Source of the DNA: Octopus sinensis
Taxonomy: Eukaryota
Assembly (NCBI RefSeq): GCF_006345805.1
Contig: NC_043021.1
Span: 11,408,001-11,472,000, forward strand
DNA: 64,000 bases
Direction: 5' to 3'
In this document: piece by piece, positions 60,505 through 64,000 of the stretch
Layout of the letters: the number at the start of each line of letters is the position of its first letter
Numbering within the stretch: the first letter of the stretch is position 1
Program-made: the position numbers and the translations under genes
The notes under the pieces: model-generated
Told to the model about the DNA's origin: nothing
Databases searched by the model: none
Seen by the model: the letters and a program-made list of their open reading frames with translations, nothing else

Positions 60505-61140
60505 GTGTTCTCAGCCTCAGGACCATATCCCTACTCACTGCTATCTCAGCAAGTGCAAGCCCCATGAATCAAAGTGGGTGTTTAAGGGCATCTCCCTCAC
60601 CATCCTCTGGGGCAACAAAAACCTCTAGCATTCTTGAGTCCTGGACCATACTTTTGCTCACTGCTATCAGAGCAGGGATGGCTATCTGCAAGTACAAGCC
60701 CCGTGAGTCAAAGTAGCTGTTCTAGGGCATCTCCCTCACCATCCTCTGGGGCAACAAAGACTTTGGGTGTTCTCGGCTCCCAGACCATATCCCTATCAGA
60801 GCAGGGATGGCTATCAGCAAGTGCAAACCCGTGAGTCAAAGTAGCTGTTCTAGGGCATCTCCCTCACCATCCTCTGGGGCAACAAAGACCTTGGGTGTTC
60901 TCGGCTCCAGACCATATCCCTATCAGAGCAGGGATGGCTATCAGCAAGTGCAAGTCCCGTGAGACAAAGTGGTTGTTCTAGAGCATCTTCCTCATCATCG
61001 TCTGGAGCAACAAAGACCTTGAGTGTTCTCGGCTCCCAGACCATATCCCTGCTCACCGCTGTTGGGGCAGAGATGGTTATCTGCAAGTGCAAACCTCATG
61101 AGTCAGAATGGCTGTTCCAGCACATTTTCCTCACCATCCT
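60505..61140. repeat. Five-unit ~125-137-bp GC-richer tandem repeat
   Basis: Repeated GTGTTCTCGGCTCCCAGACCATATCCC...GGGCATCTCCCTCACCATCCTCTGGGGCAACAAAGAC. Confidence 0.9.
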
Positions 61141-61443
61141 TTAGAGCAGCATCCTTTCCATTTTGTCTGCTGAGACTATGAGGCAGTTAGAATTACAGGA
61201 AATTGAGAAAATATAAGACTTCTCTTTTTCTTCTATACTTCTTTCCTTTCCTTTCCTTTTTCTTTTGGTTTCATTGGACGTAGATAAGAGAAGGGTGAGA
61301 GTGGATGAGAGATTGAAAGTACCAGGCTTAAAAAAAAAAGTGGGGCTGGGATCAATTTGTTTAACTAAAATGTGGTGCCCTAGCATGGCCACAGTCCAAT
61401 GACTGAAACAGTAAAAGGATTCAGCTCCTTGCTATACTTCCAA

Positions 61444-61708
61444 AAAGAGTGAGAAAGGGTTATCAGAGAATTTCTATGACTTCACCAGCTCCAATTTCTG
61501 GGCTTATCATTCCACCAGTTGTGATCTCAAGAATTACACTGTGTGGGGCATGTTTGTGAAAGCCACCAATCGCTCTGCTGGCAACACCAAGGCTGTGCTG
61601 GTGACCAAGATTGCGGAAGTGCTTGAAGATCTTCCCAGGGACACAGTGAGAAATGCATGAACTAAGTTCTGGAACTGTCATGGTGGAAGCTGAGGGCAGC
61701 TAATTTGA
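61444..61708 (+). pseudogene. Tc1/maT-like transposase C-terminal relic
   Basis: LSENFYDFTSSNFW....CDL..Y.VWG..V...VEAEG resembles the WPPNSPDxNPLDYxVWG..VEAEGGYFE region. Confidence 0.6.
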
Positions 61709-61740
61709 GTAAACTGTTACCTCCCAGCTATGATCTAGAT

Positions 61741-62036
61741 CAGTGGTTCCCAAAGTGGGCAGTACCACCCCTTGGAGGTGGTGGAAAGATCGGGGGGTGG
61801 GGTGGCTGAAGAAAAATGGAGCAATAATGGGGTGACCAAAAGGAAGCAATCGATGTAAAAAATAACAAACAAACTAACGGGTTAATTAGATTAAGTTCTA
61901 TTTGTGAAATACTGTTGTTTTGAATTTGCTGCAGAAAATGGTCTATGTCTGTGATAGTGAGTGGTGGTGGTGGGGGCACTAGGAATGAGGCCTTAGAACC
62001 AGGGGGGCAGCAGCCTGAAAAATTTAGGAACCACTG
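61741..62036. mobile_element. hAT (Charlie-like) MITE
   Basis: CAGTGGTTCC TIR; perfect 8-bp TSD ATCTAGAT at 61733-61740 and 62037-62044. Confidence 0.9.
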
Positions 62037-62221
62037 ATCTAGATGATATTAATATTTTTGACTTTTAAAATCACTTATATTTTTGGAATGGATATTACGT
62101 TTTTTTTTTCTTTTTAAGCAAACTGTCAAATTTAGCCCAAACAGTCAGTATATTCAGAATATCAACGATAAGACTGACTTACATAGTGAGTTGTAATCAG
62201 TATTGTAAGTTGCTATGATGC

Positions 62222-62524
62222 TGTTTGTTTCTTCTCGAGCCATACCTGGCTCATAAGGGCCGGTTTCCCGGTTTCCTTGGCGTAGAGGTTCCCCACCTGG
62301 ACGGGACGCCGGTCCGTCGCAGGTGAGCTGCAAGATGCAGGAGGAAAGAGTGAGAGAAAGTTGTGGCGAAGGAGTCAGCAGAAGTTCACCATTACCTTGT
62401 GCTGGAGCCACGTGGAGCTTAGGTGTTTCACTCATAAACACACACATCGCTTGGTCTGAGATTCAAACATGCAATCCTTTGACTGCGAGTCTGCTGCTCT
62501 AGCCATTAGGCCATGCGCCTCTAC
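62222..62524 (-). mobile_element. SINE family D, tail type 3
   Basis: Same head and body as 2780 and 58292 with a third tail. Confidence 0.8.
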
Positions 62525-62905
62525 GAGTTGCTATGATATCTATAGAAAATTCGGTTACCTTCCGTGAGTGTCAACAGAATAATAGTTATCTGCTAGATAT
62601 CGTTACTGTTGTTGTTGTCGAGTCATTGTCAGTTGGGTCATCGTCGTCATCTCTTGTCTTTTCACTATGGGTTGGATGGTTTGACAGGGGCTGGTACACC
62701 AGAGAACTTTACAGTACTCCACTGTCTTCCTTCACATGGTTTTTACGGCTGGATGCCCTTCCTGATGCCCACCACTTTACAGAGAGAACTGGGTGCTTTT
62801 TACATGACAACAGCACCAGCGAGTTCTGTTTTGGCCTGATTCACCAGTGTCACCACCACCATGTAAAAACCCTCAAGCCCACTCTGTGGACCAGGAGTTA
62901 TAATG

Positions 62906-64000
62906 TTAGGTTGTTCTAAAAATAATGGCCGATTTCAGAACCATAATTTCATTCTGGAAAAATTAATGATAGAAATGTTTTGATTAGTCAAAGTATGAGC
63001 CGTGAACATCTATGCATCTCTGCCATCAATCAACGAGATTATTTATGCCTCGTTGATAAAAACTTACTGGCTTTGATGCTAAGAAATCTTTGAAAGTTGA
63101 TTCCACCTCTGGTTTGGACCTGAAAGTTTTATCACTTAAAAATGATGTGTTTAAATGCTTAAAAAAATGGTAGTCAGTGAGTGAAAGACTAAGAGAATAT
63201 GGAGGATGTGGTAAAGTCTTGTATCCCAAGTCTGTGAGTTTCTGCAACATCATTCTTGCAACATATAGCTTTGCATTATTGTGGAGCAGAATTGGGCCAT
63301 GCCAATTTACCAATGCAGGTCTCATTTTTTGCAAGTGAGCATGTGTTTCAGTGAGTTAATTGCAGTAAACCTCTGCTGTACTGCTCTGATTGGCTTCTAG
63401 GAAGCTGTAATGGACAACATCAATTGCAGACCACCAGACAGTTACCATAATCTTTTGATGATGCAACTTTGGCTTTGGGAAATGTCTGGGGGACTCATCA
63501 CAATCAAGCCATTGACCTGATCATTTAAGGTTATCATAAAGGATCCACTTTTTGTCACAAGTGACTATTCGGTCAAGAAAAGGATCATTGTTGTTTTGCA
63601 GAAAGAGCATTGAGCACACTTCAAAACGCCAAACGTTTTGATTTTCATTGGGCTCATGCGGTGCCCATCTATTGAGATTTTTCATCTTACCAATCTTCTG
63701 CAAATTGCATGAGACCATTGCAATACAGACACCAAGTGCCTGAGATATTTCTCTGATACTCTGACGTGGGTTTTGTTCAACAATTTCTTTCAACTCTTCA
63801 TTGTTAAGGCTGCATGACCATCCTCTACCTTCTCCATCTTCAATGCTCTCATCACCACTACGGAATTTCTGAAACCACCTTCGTATTGTGCGATCACTTG
63901 TGGACCCCTCTCCCCAAGTTCTTTCGATGTTGGCAGCAGCTTGGGAGGCATTGTACCCAAGCTTGAACTCATTCAAGAAAAGTAAGCAAACATCCTTTTT
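62906..64000 (-). mobile_element. Decayed Hsmar1/SETMAR-like mariner, running off the window end
   Basis: TTAGGTTGTTCTAAAAATAATGGCCG TIR-like end; EFKLGYNASQAAANI..IRRWFQKFRSGD..RIVTCDKKWILYDN and HPPYSLSLSLTDYHFFKHL. Confidence 0.9.

Noticed and set aside
62556-62595. Possible upstream minus-strand mini-exon (DNYYSVDTHG) that would join 53525 in phase
   Set aside because: No polypyrimidine tract and an in-frame stop just upstream; too weak to call

Overview
AT-rich eukaryotic genomic DNA, about 64 kb of mostly intronic or intergenic sequence. It is dominated by microsatellites and dispersed repeats, and the repeat families point to an octopus/coleoid cephalopod (inference). Almost all long ORFs in the track are microsatellite or SINE artefacts. 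Recognisable mobile DNA: at least four tRNA-SINE-like families (many nested), a full-length frameshifted DD34D mariner (45928-47221), other mariner/Tc1 relics, RTE-clade LINE fragments, a Penelope-like (PLE) GIY-YIG fragment, and pogo/Tigger-, hAT-, piggyBac-, Kolobok- and Helitron/HINE-like non-autonomous elements. Host-gene signal is limited. On the + strand there is a 5' module (exons ~32078-32141 and 33045-33551) encoding a signal-peptide start. On the - strand there is a two-exon module (53417-53525 joined to an exon starting at 51142) that can be read in two frames. The most striking pattern is a dispersed set of fold-back elements, often in (TA)n/(ATT)n tracts, carrying type I hammerhead-ribozyme cores. 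One core has full consensus (17229-17319, - strand). Several others are degenerate or variant, including a recurrent CUGUNGA family linked to the PLE endonuclease fragment. All alignments, folds and family assignments were made by eye, and many repeat boundaries are approximate.
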